Virus record (IMG/VR): IMGVR_UViG_3300037422_000223
Location: 1-24,061 of that record
Length of the DNA: 24,061 nucleotides
Reading direction: 5' to 3' (one strand)
From: a virus
Taxonomy: Duplodnaviria; Caudoviricetes
The first letter of the stretch is position 1, and every line of letters begins with the position of its first letter. Positions 17,302-24,061 of this stretch are shown here, one piece after another. Both the position numbers and the translations under genes were made by a program. The notes beneath the pieces were generated by a model. The model did no database searches. It was not told the origin of the DNA and saw only the letters and a list, made by a program, of their open reading frames with translations.

Positions 17302-17363
17302 AAAGGATGCCCACGCTGTCAAGGATGACGCTCGCGCTGTCAAGGATGACGCTCGCGTCATGA
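17298..17363 (+). CDS. Possible 21-aa linker minigene MKRMPTLSRMTLALSRMTLAS
   Basis: ATGA overlap with the tape measure stop and ATGA overlap with the next gene's start. Confidence 0.4.
   Translation: MKRMPTLSRMTLALSRMTLAS
17314..17355 (+). repeat. Perfect 21-nt tandem duplication CGCTGTCAAGGATGACGCTCG x2
   Basis: Copies at 17314-17334 and 17335-17355, with a further partial AAGGATG at 17303-17309. Confidence 0.95.
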
Positions 17364-19054
17364 TCTCCGGCGGCGCGATCATCGAGTTCGGGATCTCGGA
17401 GCACGAGTTCACCGCGATGGGCGACGACGCGGCCTTTCTCGCGTTCCTTGCGCTTGCGACCAGCCCGCGCTGCTACCTGCTTGAGCTGGACGCTTTTTCA
17501 CTGGCCGCCTCGGGCGGTGTCTCGGCGGCGATCTCCGACGCCGGGATCGCGGAAGTCGGAATCTCCGAGAACGACGCACCGGCCGCGGGCAGCGTCCTGA
17601 CGCTGCGCTTTGGCTCGCAGGAGTACACGAGCACCGCGGCCGATACACCCGCGAACACCTCCTACCAGGGGCGTATCATCGACGCGCCGGTGGCCGAACG
17701 GCGGATCTCCGGGCGCGACGGCGTGGGCGGCCTGACCGAGGTGTTCGGCGAGATCGCGCTCCGGAATGAAGACGGCGCGCTGGATTTTCTCAAGCGCGAC
17801 TACGCGGTCGAGGGCCGGCGCGTGCGCATCCTGATCGGGGATGCAACGGCCGCGCGCTCGACCTTCTGGGAATTCTTCGTCGGCATCACCCAGTCTGTCG
17901 AGCTCACCGAGGGTGAAGTGCGCATCACGCTCTCGGATGGATCGGCCAAGCTGCGCCGCCTGGTGAACGAGGCGCTCTATGCCGGGGGCGGCGGCCTGGA
18001 AGGCGGCGATGATCTGAAGGGCAAGAGCAAGCCCGTCGCGCTGGGTCAGTGCCTCAACGTGCCCGCGCCGCTGGTCGATAGCGCGAAGCTCATCTACCAG
18101 GTGCATGACGGTGCGATCAGCGACGTGCCAGCCGCCTACGACCGGGGCGTCGTGCTCACCAAGGGCGCGGACTATGCCGATGCCTCGGAAATGGACACCG
18201 TCGCGCCGGCGGCAGGCGAGTACCGGGTGTGGAAGGACGGCGGCTATTTTCGGCTCGGGGCCACGCCCGCGGGGCAGGTCACCGCCGATGTGAAGGGCGA
18301 GGCAAGCCCCAGCTACTCGGACAACACGGCGGACATCGTGCTGCGCATCCTCGCGCTGCGCTGCGCGCTCGTGGCCGACGAGATCGACTCGGCCTCCTTC
18401 AGCAATCTCGCCTCCAGCGCGGCCGCCCCGGTGGGCGTGTGGTACGGCACGGGCGCGGTGAGTTGCGCCCAGGCGGTGGACGAGCTGCTCTACGGCGTGG
18501 GCGCCTTTGGCGGGTTCGACCGATTTGGCCTCTTCAATGTCGGCCTGGTCGCCTCGCCGACCGGGGCGATGTCGTCGTTCGAAGTCGACAGCATCGACAT
18601 CCGCTCGGTGCAGATCGCGCGCCTGCCGGCTTCGGTCGAGCCCATCGTGTGGCGCGTGGGCGTGAGCTGGCAGCGCAACTATGCGGTGCAGACCGATCTC
18701 GCGGCTTCCGTGACCGCCGCGCGCCGCACGTTCTGCGCTGAAAGCGTGCGCGTGTCCACCGGCGAGAACGCGAGCACGCAAAGCCGCCACCTGCTCGCGC
18801 AGGCACTCGGCCCGGTCGAGTCGCTCTACGCGATCGAGGCCGACGCGCAGATCGAGCGCGACCGCCTGCTCGCGCTGTGGGGCGCGCGCCGCACGCTGTA
18901 CCGCGTCGGCCTGTTTGCGCTCGGTCTCGCGCGCGAGCTTGGAGACGTGGGCATCTTCAGCCACCCGCGCTTTGGCATGGCCGATGGCGTGGCGGGGCGC
19001 GTGGTCGGGCACCGCGCCGAGGGCACGAGGACCGAACTGCTGGTGCTGACGTGA
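17360..19054 (+). CDS. Tail tip/hub-type structural protein, 564 aa
   Basis: First large gene after the tape measure; GEIALRNEDGALD, GRRVRI, YAGGGGLEGGDDLKGKSKP..G...NVP motifs recalled from proteobacterial siphophage tail proteins. ATG 17360 preferred over 17264. Confidence 0.75.
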   Translation: MISGGAIIEFGISEHEFTAMGDDAAFLAFLALATSPRCYLLELDAFSLAASGGVSAAISDAGIAEVGISENDAPAAGSVLTLRFGSQEYTSTAADTPANTSYQGRIIDAPVAERRISGRDGVGGLTEVFGEIALRNEDGALDFLKRDYAVEGRRVRILIGDATAARSTFWEFFVGITQSVELTEGEVRITLSDGSAKLRRLVNEALYAGGGGLEGGDDLKGKSKPVALGQCLNVPAPLVDSAKLIYQVHDGAISDVPAAYDRGVVLTKGADYADASEMDTVAPAAGEYRVWKDGGYFRLGATPAGQVTADVKGEASPSYSDNTADIVLRILALRCALVADEIDSASFSNLASSAAAPVGVWYGTGAVSCAQAVDELLYGVGAFGGFDRFGLFNVGLVASPTGAMSSFEVDSIDIRSVQIARLPASVEPIVWRVGVSWQRNYAVQTDLAASVTAARRTFCAESVRVSTGENASTQSRHLLAQALGPVESLYAIEADAQIERDRLLALWGARRTLYRVGLFALGLARELGDVGIFSHPRFGMADGVAGRVVGHRAEGTRTELLVLT

Positions 19055-19094
19055 ACAGGGATGACGTTCACGTCATGGGGCCGACGCTCACGCC

Positions 19095-19862
19095 ATGAAA
19101 ATCGCCTGGGAAAACCATGCGGACGGCGCGAGTCTGTCCACGAGCACCAATGGAGAACTCGCCTCTTTGCCCGCGACCAACGTGCAGGTCGAGCACGTCG
19201 GACGCAAGTGGCGCAGCGGCGCGGTGAGCGCCGCATCCTTGATTTTCGACATGGGCGCGTCGGTCACCTGCGACACCCTGGCCATGCTCGGCACGAACCT
19301 CAGCGCTGCGGGCACGATCTGGGTGCGCGCATCCGACGCCGACCCGGCCGCGCAGTCAAGCCTGTTGCTTGACACCGGCGACATCGCCGCCGGCGTCAAG
19401 GCCGGCTACGGCGCGATCTACAAGAGCTTCGCCTCCACCACGGCGCGCTACTGGCGCGTGCGCCCCTCCGATGGCTCGCTCTCCTACATCGAGGCCGGGC
19501 GCGTGTTCCTCGGGCCGTCGTGGGCGCCCAGCGTGCCGCAGCTCTTCGAGTGGGCGCCAGTGGTGCTGGATGCGACCGTCCTCGGGCGCTCCTACGGCGG
19601 GCAGAGCTATGCCGACCAGCGCCCGAAGCGCCGCGGCCTCATGTTCACGCTCGACTACATGAATGAGGCCGAGATGTACGGCAACGCCTTTCGCCTGGGC
19701 TGGGAGCAGGGCATCACGGGCGACGTGCTCGCCATTCCAGACATCGCTGGTTCGTATCTCTCGGAGCAGGCCGTGTTCGGCCAGCTGCAGGCAAACGAAC
19801 CGCTGTTTCACCGCAAGCCGCAGATCTACCGGCAGAAGTTCACCTTGATCGAGAGGCTCTAG
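19095..19862 (+). CDS. Tail tip protein (distal-tail-like), 255 aa
   Basis: ARYWRV and YIEAGRVFLG motifs then SYGG; located between the hub and fibre genes. Confidence 0.65.
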   Translation: MKIAWENHADGASLSTSTNGELASLPATNVQVEHVGRKWRSGAVSAASLIFDMGASVTCDTLAMLGTNLSAAGTIWVRASDADPAAQSSLLLDTGDIAAGVKAGYGAIYKSFASTTARYWRVRPSDGSLSYIEAGRVFLGPSWAPSVPQLFEWAPVVLDATVLGRSYGGQSYADQRPKRRGLMFTLDYMNEAEMYGNAFRLGWEQGITGDVLAIPDIAGSYLSEQAVFGQLQANEPLFHRKPQIYRQKFTLIERL

Positions 19863-21479
19863 ATGGCACAGTTTCGAGTGAAGCCGCGCGTGCTGGAAAC
19901 CAGCCTGATCACCGGCAGCGGCACCTACACGCTGCTGGGGGCCGCCACCGGCTTCCAGGCGTTCCTGGGCGGCGGCGTCTCGGCCGGCGACCTCATGCCC
20001 TACTACGCGACCGACGGCACGAACTGGGAAGAAGGCATCGGCACGGTCGGTTCGGGCCCCGCCACGCTCGCGCGCACGCACATCCACAAGTCTTCCATCG
20101 CCGATGCCGCGATCGCCTGGGGCGCCAACACCACGGTCGAGATCCGCTGCGGCTGGGTGTCGCAGCTTACCGTGCCGCGCGTGAAGTCGGTGTCGATCGC
20201 CGGTGGCGCCGGCACGCAGATCCTCACGCAGGACGAGCAGCGCTGCGACATCCTCATCCTCACCGGCGCGCTCACCGGCAACCGCAACATCGAGGTGGAT
20301 GCCACGCCGTGGAAGTGGGCGGCGGTGAGGAACGACACCACGGGCGCCTTCACGGCAACTCTGCGCGTCACCGGCCAGACCGGCATCCTGGTCGGGCAGG
20401 GCCGGGCTAAGGTGCTCTACAACGATGGCACCGATGTCAGAGACCCCGACGCCAGCTTCGACGAGGCGGTCGGGTATACGCTCATCAACGGCACCCTCGT
20501 TCACACACGCGCGTCCAATGCCGAAACGATCGCGGTCAAGACCCTCGCCGGCGCCGACCCGAGCGCCGCCGATCCGGTGCGGGTGGTCTTCCGCGACCAG
20601 GCCGCGACCACCGGCGGCTACGTCGTGCGGACGATCACGGCGGCGCTCTCTCTAACGATCTCCTCTGGCTCGACGCTCGGATTTACATCGTCGGTTCCCG
20701 GCCGGATTTGGAGCGTGATTTTTGACGATGCTGGCACCCTGCGACTTGGCGTCATCAACTGCATCGCTACTTCGGCGAACGGCGGAACTGGTCGGAATGT
20801 CACGGCTATTTACCCGTTGTCTGCCGGGGTCGCATCGAGCACCGCGGAAGGTGGCGCTGGGGCGGCGGATTCAGCTCTCACCTTTTACACTGGCACGGCT
20901 GTCAGCGCGAAGCCGTATGCCGTCATCGGATACTCGACTTGGGAATCGGGCCTCGCTACGGCAGGCACTTGGGGCACCGCCCCGAGCAAAATCCAACTGT
21001 ACGCACCAGGGGTCGAATTGCCTGGAACGCCGATTCAAAGGCAAATTACTCAGGATAGCGCTGTCGCGAGCGGCACGACCAATTTGCCGGGTGACGACAC
21101 GATCCCGCAAAACACGGAGGGAACGCAATTCCAGACCGTCACCATAACTCCAACGTCGGCGGCCAATCCGGTTGAAATTGCATCGGTCGCTCAATTGCAG
21201 CATGGATCGAACGCCACAACAGGGTGGGCGCTTTTCCAGGATTCGACCGCGAATTCATTTGCTGCCGGGTATTTTTATCCGGCATCGACGGCCCAGGGTG
21301 GGTACATAACAAGTTTTCTATCTGCGATGCTGCTCGCTCAATCGACTTCGGCAATCACCTATAAATTGCGGGCTGGCGGTACATCGGGGGGCACGACGAC
21401 GTTCAATGGGTCTGCTGGTGGGCGATTGTATGGAGGGGTGAGCGGGTCGATCATGAAGGCAACGGAGATCATGGGATGA
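19863..21479 (+). CDS. Tail fibre / receptor-binding protein
   Basis: N-terminal RVLETS..TGSGTYTL.GA.TGFQAF...WEEGIGT fibre-anchor pattern, LTGALTGNRNI segment, T/G/S/A-rich body, compositionally distinct C-terminus. Confidence 0.85.
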   Translation: MAQFRVKPRVLETSLITGSGTYTLLGAATGFQAFLGGGVSAGDLMPYYATDGTNWEEGIGTVGSGPATLARTHIHKSSIADAAIAWGANTTVEIRCGWVSQLTVPRVKSVSIAGGAGTQILTQDEQRCDILILTGALTGNRNIEVDATPWKWAAVRNDTTGAFTATLRVTGQTGILVGQGRAKVLYNDGTDVRDPDASFDEAVGYTLINGTLVHTRASNAETIAVKTLAGADPSAADPVRVVFRDQAATTGGYVVRTITAALSLTISSGSTLGFTSSVPGRIWSVIFDDAGTLRLGVINCIATSANGGTGRNVTAIYPLSAGVASSTAEGGAGAADSALTFYTGTAVSAKPYAVIGYSTWESGLATAGTWGTAPSKIQLYAPGVELPGTPIQRQITQDSAVASGTTNLPGDDTIPQNTEGTQFQTVTITPTSAANPVEIASVAQLQHGSNATTGWALFQDSTANSFAAGYFYPASTAQGGYITSFLSAMLLAQSTSAITYKLRAGGTSGGTTTFNGSAGGRLYGGVSGSIMKATEIMG

Positions 21480-21859
21480 GTCAAATTCACTGCTTATATG
21501 AAGTCGAGCCGACATTCCCTGCGACAGATCAACATCCGGATGCCGCGCGCTTCGCTGTCAGCGCCGGGATCTTCCGTTTCTGCGATGCCGTGGGCGGCGA
21601 ACCCACGCAAGCCGAGCTCGACGCGCACCTTGGCGTTGATGCCGCCGGGCTCGCGCTGAAGGCGCGCCGCGACCAGGACGGCGCGGAGGTCGGCGACTGC
21701 GCGGTCGACCCGCAGGTGCTGCCGCTCATCAACCAGACCAAGGCCGAGTGGATCGCGTGGGCGGAGAGCAACTTTCCGACGCTTACGGCGGCCGAGCGCA
21801 CGCGGCTGGGGATTCTTTTCTGGGTGGTTGCGGTGGGCGTTCGCTCGAAGTTGCGCTAG
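21476..21859 (+). CDS. Probable tail fibre assembly/chaperone protein
   Basis: 127 aa, ATGA-coupled to the fibre gene; assignment by position only. Confidence 0.5.
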   Translation: MSQIHCLYEVEPTFPATDQHPDAARFAVSAGIFRFCDAVGGEPTQAELDAHLGVDAAGLALKARRDQDGAEVGDCAVDPQVLPLINQTKAEWIAWAESNFPTLTAAERTRLGILFWVVAVGVRSKLR

Positions 21860-21868
21860 GAGCTGCCG

Positions 21869-22279
21869 ATGCGCTTCGCCCTCGCAGCAGATCCCGCCGT
21901 GCAGAAGGTGGCGGCTGCCGCGACCTCGGCCGCTACCGGCGCGGCGTCGTGGTGGACGGCGGACTGGTCGGTCGCTGTGTTCGGCGTGCCGCTCTCGGTG
22001 CTGCTTGCGGCCTTTGCCGGGGCGGTGGTGGCACTCACGTTCCTGCCGCCGGTGCTTTCCTTCCTCCAGCTGGTGGGGCGGGTGGTGATGGGCACGGTGG
22101 CCTCTGCTTACGTGACGCCGCTCGCGGGGTTCCTGTGGGCTGGGATTCCGCACCTGCCGGTGGCTTTCCTGCTCGGCCTCGCGGCGCTCGCGGCGATCGC
22201 GAAGGTGCCGGTGTTTCTCGATGATCTGCGCACCATCGCGCGCAATCGCTGGGGCGGTGGAGGAGGGCCGGTCGGATGA
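21869..22279 (+). CDS. Putative holin
   Basis: AGGAG RBS; about three hydrophobic segments (VFGVPLSVLLAAFAGAVVAL etc.); first gene of the lysis cluster. Confidence 0.7.
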   Translation: MRFALAADPAVQKVAAAATSAATGAASWWTADWSVAVFGVPLSVLLAAFAGAVVALTFLPPVLSFLQLVGRVVMGTVASAYVTPLAGFLWAGIPHLPVAFLLGLAALAAIAKVPVFLDDLRTIARNRWGGGGGPVG

Positions 22280-22566
22280 ACTTTGCCTTGCTGCTCGTGG
22301 ACTGGCTGACGGCGCTCACGGTGCTCGCCTTTGCGCTTCGCAACGTGAACGCGATGTCGCGCGCGACTTCGCACCAGGTGCGCGCGGCAAACGTGGTGCT
22401 GGCGATCTCGGCGGCGGCGATCGTGTTTGCCCCTGCCTACGGCCCGCCGCTCGCGGATGAGGCGCGCGACTGGGCGCACCTGGGCGTGCTGCTCGCGGTG
22501 GCGGTGCTGCTTGCTTCGGGCCGGCGCTCGGTGGACCGCGCGATCGACAAGATCCTCGGGGTCTAG
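22276..22566 (+). CDS. Second holin/antiholin-like membrane protein
   Basis: 96 aa, three hydrophobic segments, GGAGG RBS, ATGA overlap, charged C-terminus. Confidence 0.6.
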   Translation: MNFALLLVDWLTALTVLAFALRNVNAMSRATSHQVRAANVVLAISAAAIVFAPAYGPPLADEARDWAHLGVLLAVAVLLASGRRSVDRAIDKILGV

Positions 22567-22569
22567 GTG

Positions 22570-22917
22570 ATGCTGCCCCACCACCGCCGTCCCGTCGCCG
22601 CTGGTTGGTGGGGGTGGGGAATCATCGTCGTGCTGTGCATCCTCGTGCCCACGGCCTTCCACGTGAGCCAGGCGCGCGCCGAGGCGCGCTTCATCGCCGA
22701 GGGCAGCGACGCGATGATCGTGCTCCACGACGATCCCTGCGCGCTCACGGAAAAGGTCGTGAACCTGCCCTTGCGCGCCACCTGGCAGGAAAAAAACGCC
22801 AAGCCGATCGAGGGCTGCTGGGCCGTGAACGGTGCCGGCGTGGTGATGCTGTATTTCGAGGACCGCACGGTGGCCGGGCTGCCGAAGGGCGTGTTCTCCC
22901 AGCTGGGCAAGACATGA
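22570..22917 (+). CDS. Exported or membrane-anchored protein of unknown function (start 22570 ATG or 22567 GTG)
   Basis: Basic N-terminus, hydrophobic segment WWGWGIIVVLCILVPTAF, A-R-A possible signal peptidase site, two Cys in the mature part. Confidence 0.65.
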   Translation: MLPHHRRPVAAGWWGWGIIVVLCILVPTAFHVSQARAEARFIAEGSDAMIVLHDDPCALTEKVVNLPLRATWQEKNAKPIEGCWAVNGAGVVMLYFEDRTVAGLPKGVFSQLGKT

Positions 22918-23396
22918 TCACACTCGAGCAGTACTGGATGGACCGGGACGCGAAGTACCCGAGCGAGCTCACCGGCGGGATCCGCGCGGCCGCCGAGGAG
23001 CTGGTGGGCAAGGTGAACCTGCTGCTCAACTTTGCCGAGGCCGATGGCGTGACGCCCGGCTTCGACCAGGTGACCGGCACGCACGTGGCAAGCGGCTGGC
23101 GGCCTGCGGCCGTGAACGAGCGCACGAGCAACGCGGCGGCGGGATCGAAGCACCTCACCGGCCAGGCGGTGGATTTGCAGGACACGCCCGATCGCGCGCT
23201 CGCCGCGTGGTGCCTCGCCAACCTGCTGGATCTCAAGAACTGCGGCCTGTGGATGGAACGGCCGATGTGGACCGGCGGCCGCGACCCGTGGGTGCACCTG
23301 CAATCCGTGCCGCCGAGATCCGGCAGGCGCGTGTACATCCCGAGCACCATGCCGCCGCGCGCGCAGGCGCTGCCCGGCGAAGAAAACCTCACCTAG
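22914..23396 (+). CDS. Endolysin, zinc peptidase M15 family
   Basis: SGWRP, SKHLTGQAVD (H-x6-D) and WVHLQ motifs; ATGA-coupled start at 22914; within the lysis cluster. Confidence 0.88.
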   Translation: MITLEQYWMDRDAKYPSELTGGIRAAAEELVGKVNLLLNFAEADGVTPGFDQVTGTHVASGWRPAAVNERTSNAAAGSKHLTGQAVDLQDTPDRALAAWCLANLLDLKNCGLWMERPMWTGGRDPWVHLQSVPPRSGRRVYIPSTMPPRAQALPGEENLT

Positions 23397-23405
23397 GAGC
23401 CGACC

Positions 23406-23552
23406 ATGAAGAAAGAAACCCGCCAGCGGATCAGCCAGGCGGCGCGCGATGCCTACATCGACGCGCGCATCTGGGCGCAGGACCACCCGCGCGCGGCGAT
23501 CGGCATCGCGGCGTTCCTCGCGGGCGTGGTGGTCGGGTGGATTCTGCTGTGA
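23406..23552 (+). CDS. 48-aa tail-anchored membrane protein (MKKETRQRISQAARDAYIDARIWAQDHPRAAIGIAAFLAGVVVGWILL)
   Basis: AGGAG RBS, C-terminal transmembrane segment, GTGA overlap with the i-spanin gene. Not in the supplied ORF track. Confidence 0.75.
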   Translation: MKKETRQRISQAARDAYIDARIWAQDHPRAAIGIAAFLAGVVVGWILL

Positions 23553-24061
23553 CGCCGCTGCGCGAGCGCCGGCAGCGCGGCTTCGGCTGGATCCAGATCA
23601 TCGGCGTGCTGCTCGCCGCCGCCTTCCTCGTGGGGGCGATCTACAAGCTCGTCAACTACGTCGGCGAGTGGATCGAGGCGCGCGACGCCGCGATCTTCGC
23701 CGCCGGCGAGCACAAGGCGCGCGCGGAGTACGAGGCGCGCGACAACGAGAAGCTCATCCAGGCCACCGCGCGCATCCGCGAGCTCGAGGCGGCCGCGCGC
23801 AAGGAAGAGGCGCGCCGCGCGCATGCCGTGTCCAGCGCCGTGGCCACCCACATCAAGGAGAAAAACGATGCTCAACGCAACCTGGAGATTCTGCGCGCTG
23901 CTCTGCACGATGGCTCTTTGCTCCTGCGCGACCCCGACGCAGAAGCCGGGGCAGGGTGCCCCGGAAGTGGTGAGCGTGGAGGCGGCCGCGCTGCCGCCGA
24001 TCCCGCCGGAAGTGCTGGACGAGACGGGGGAGGAGAGCTTCCTCGAGCGGCTGCGGGCGTT
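23549..24061 (+). CDS. Rz: Inner-membrane spanin (Rz-like), truncated by the window end
   Basis: GTG start; MTPLRERRQRGFGWIQIIGVLLAAAFLVGAIY transmembrane segment, then Ala/Glu/Arg coiled coil and LRAALHDGSLLLR..C linker; frame open to the window end. Confidence 0.85.
   Translation, partial: MTPLRERRQRGFGWIQIIGVLLAAAFLVGAIYKLVNYVGEWIEARDAAIFAAGEHKARAEYEARDNEKLIQATARIRELEAAARKEEARRAHAVSSAVATHIKEKNDAQRNLEILRAALHDGSLLLRDPDAEAGAGCPGSGERGGGRAAADPAGSAGRDGGGELPRAAAGV
23868..24061 (+). CDS. Rz1: Outer-membrane lipoprotein spanin (Rz1-like) in the +1 frame of Rz, truncated by the window end
   Basis: AAGGAG RBS at 23855-23860; MLNATWRFCALLCTMALCSC lipobox-type signal followed by Pro-rich ATPTQKPG...LPPIPPEVL. 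Confidence 0.85.
   Translation, partial: MLNATWRFCALLCTMALCSCATPTQKPGQGAPEVVSVEAAALPPIPPEVLDETGEESFLERLRA

Larger units (their letters stand above)
1..24061 (+). mobile_element. Tailed phage/prophage late region (packaging, head, non-contractile tail, lysis); incomplete at both ends
   Basis: Continuous co-oriented genes in canonical siphovirus order with many ATGA/GTGA overlaps. No sheath gene. No integrase or host genes in the window, so prophage versus free phage cannot be decided. Confidence 0.97.

Noticed and set aside
17264-17359. Upstream start for the hub gene
   Set aside because: It lies inside the tape measure gene and would only translate the tandem repeat; ATG 17360 is more plausible.
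17303-17362. Short direct repeats as a possible CRISPR array
   Set aside because: The copies are directly adjacent with no spacers, there are only two full units, and no cas genes are present.
13648-17412. 1254-aa minus-strand ORF, and other long antisense ORFs (620-2326, 2625-4091, 8203-10053, 12197-14008, 17498-19012)
   Set aside because: They mirror well-supported + strand genes, have no recognisable motifs, and are the expected shadow of high-GC codon usage.
19863-21859. Diversity-generating retroelement or invertible fibre-switching system
   Set aside because: No reverse transcriptase or invertase, no duplicated fibre C-terminus, and no template/variable repeat pair seen in this window.
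22605-22913. Independent upstream start of the endolysin at 22605
   Set aside because: The translated extension is Arg-rich off-frame sequence without a signal peptide; ATG 22914 is coupled to the upstream stop. The open frame matters only for the frameshift hypothesis.
1-24061. tRNA, rRNA, integrase/att sites, IS elements, defence or anti-defence genes
   Set aside because: None recognised; nearly all sequence is accounted for by structural and lysis genes.

Overview
This is a high-GC late operon (virion assembly and lysis) of a tailed phage or prophage, all on the + strand. It is siphovirus-like, and the spanins imply a Gram-negative host. Head genes, in order: P27-type terminase small subunit, terminase large subunit, small membrane protein, HK97-family portal with a ~230-aa C-terminal extension, an unexpected four-gene cassette of fibre-like proteins, S49 head protease, HK97-fold major capsid and a decoration protein. 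Neck and tail genes: head-tail adaptor with an inserted domain, head closure, HK97 gp10-like protein, tail terminator, tail tube, tail chaperones joined by a -1 frameshift, tape measure, two tail-tip proteins, tail fibre and a probable fibre chaperone. A seven-gene lysis cassette runs off the right end. The best candidate for an undescribed system is the extended portal plus the cassette between portal and protease, possibly a portal-linked head appendage. Other notable signals are a second in-phase A_AAA_AAC site that could fuse an export signal onto the endolysin, twin palindromes with minigenes flanking the tail-hub gene, and a structured leader before the capsid gene. All family assignments come from recalled motifs and gene order; no database searches were run.
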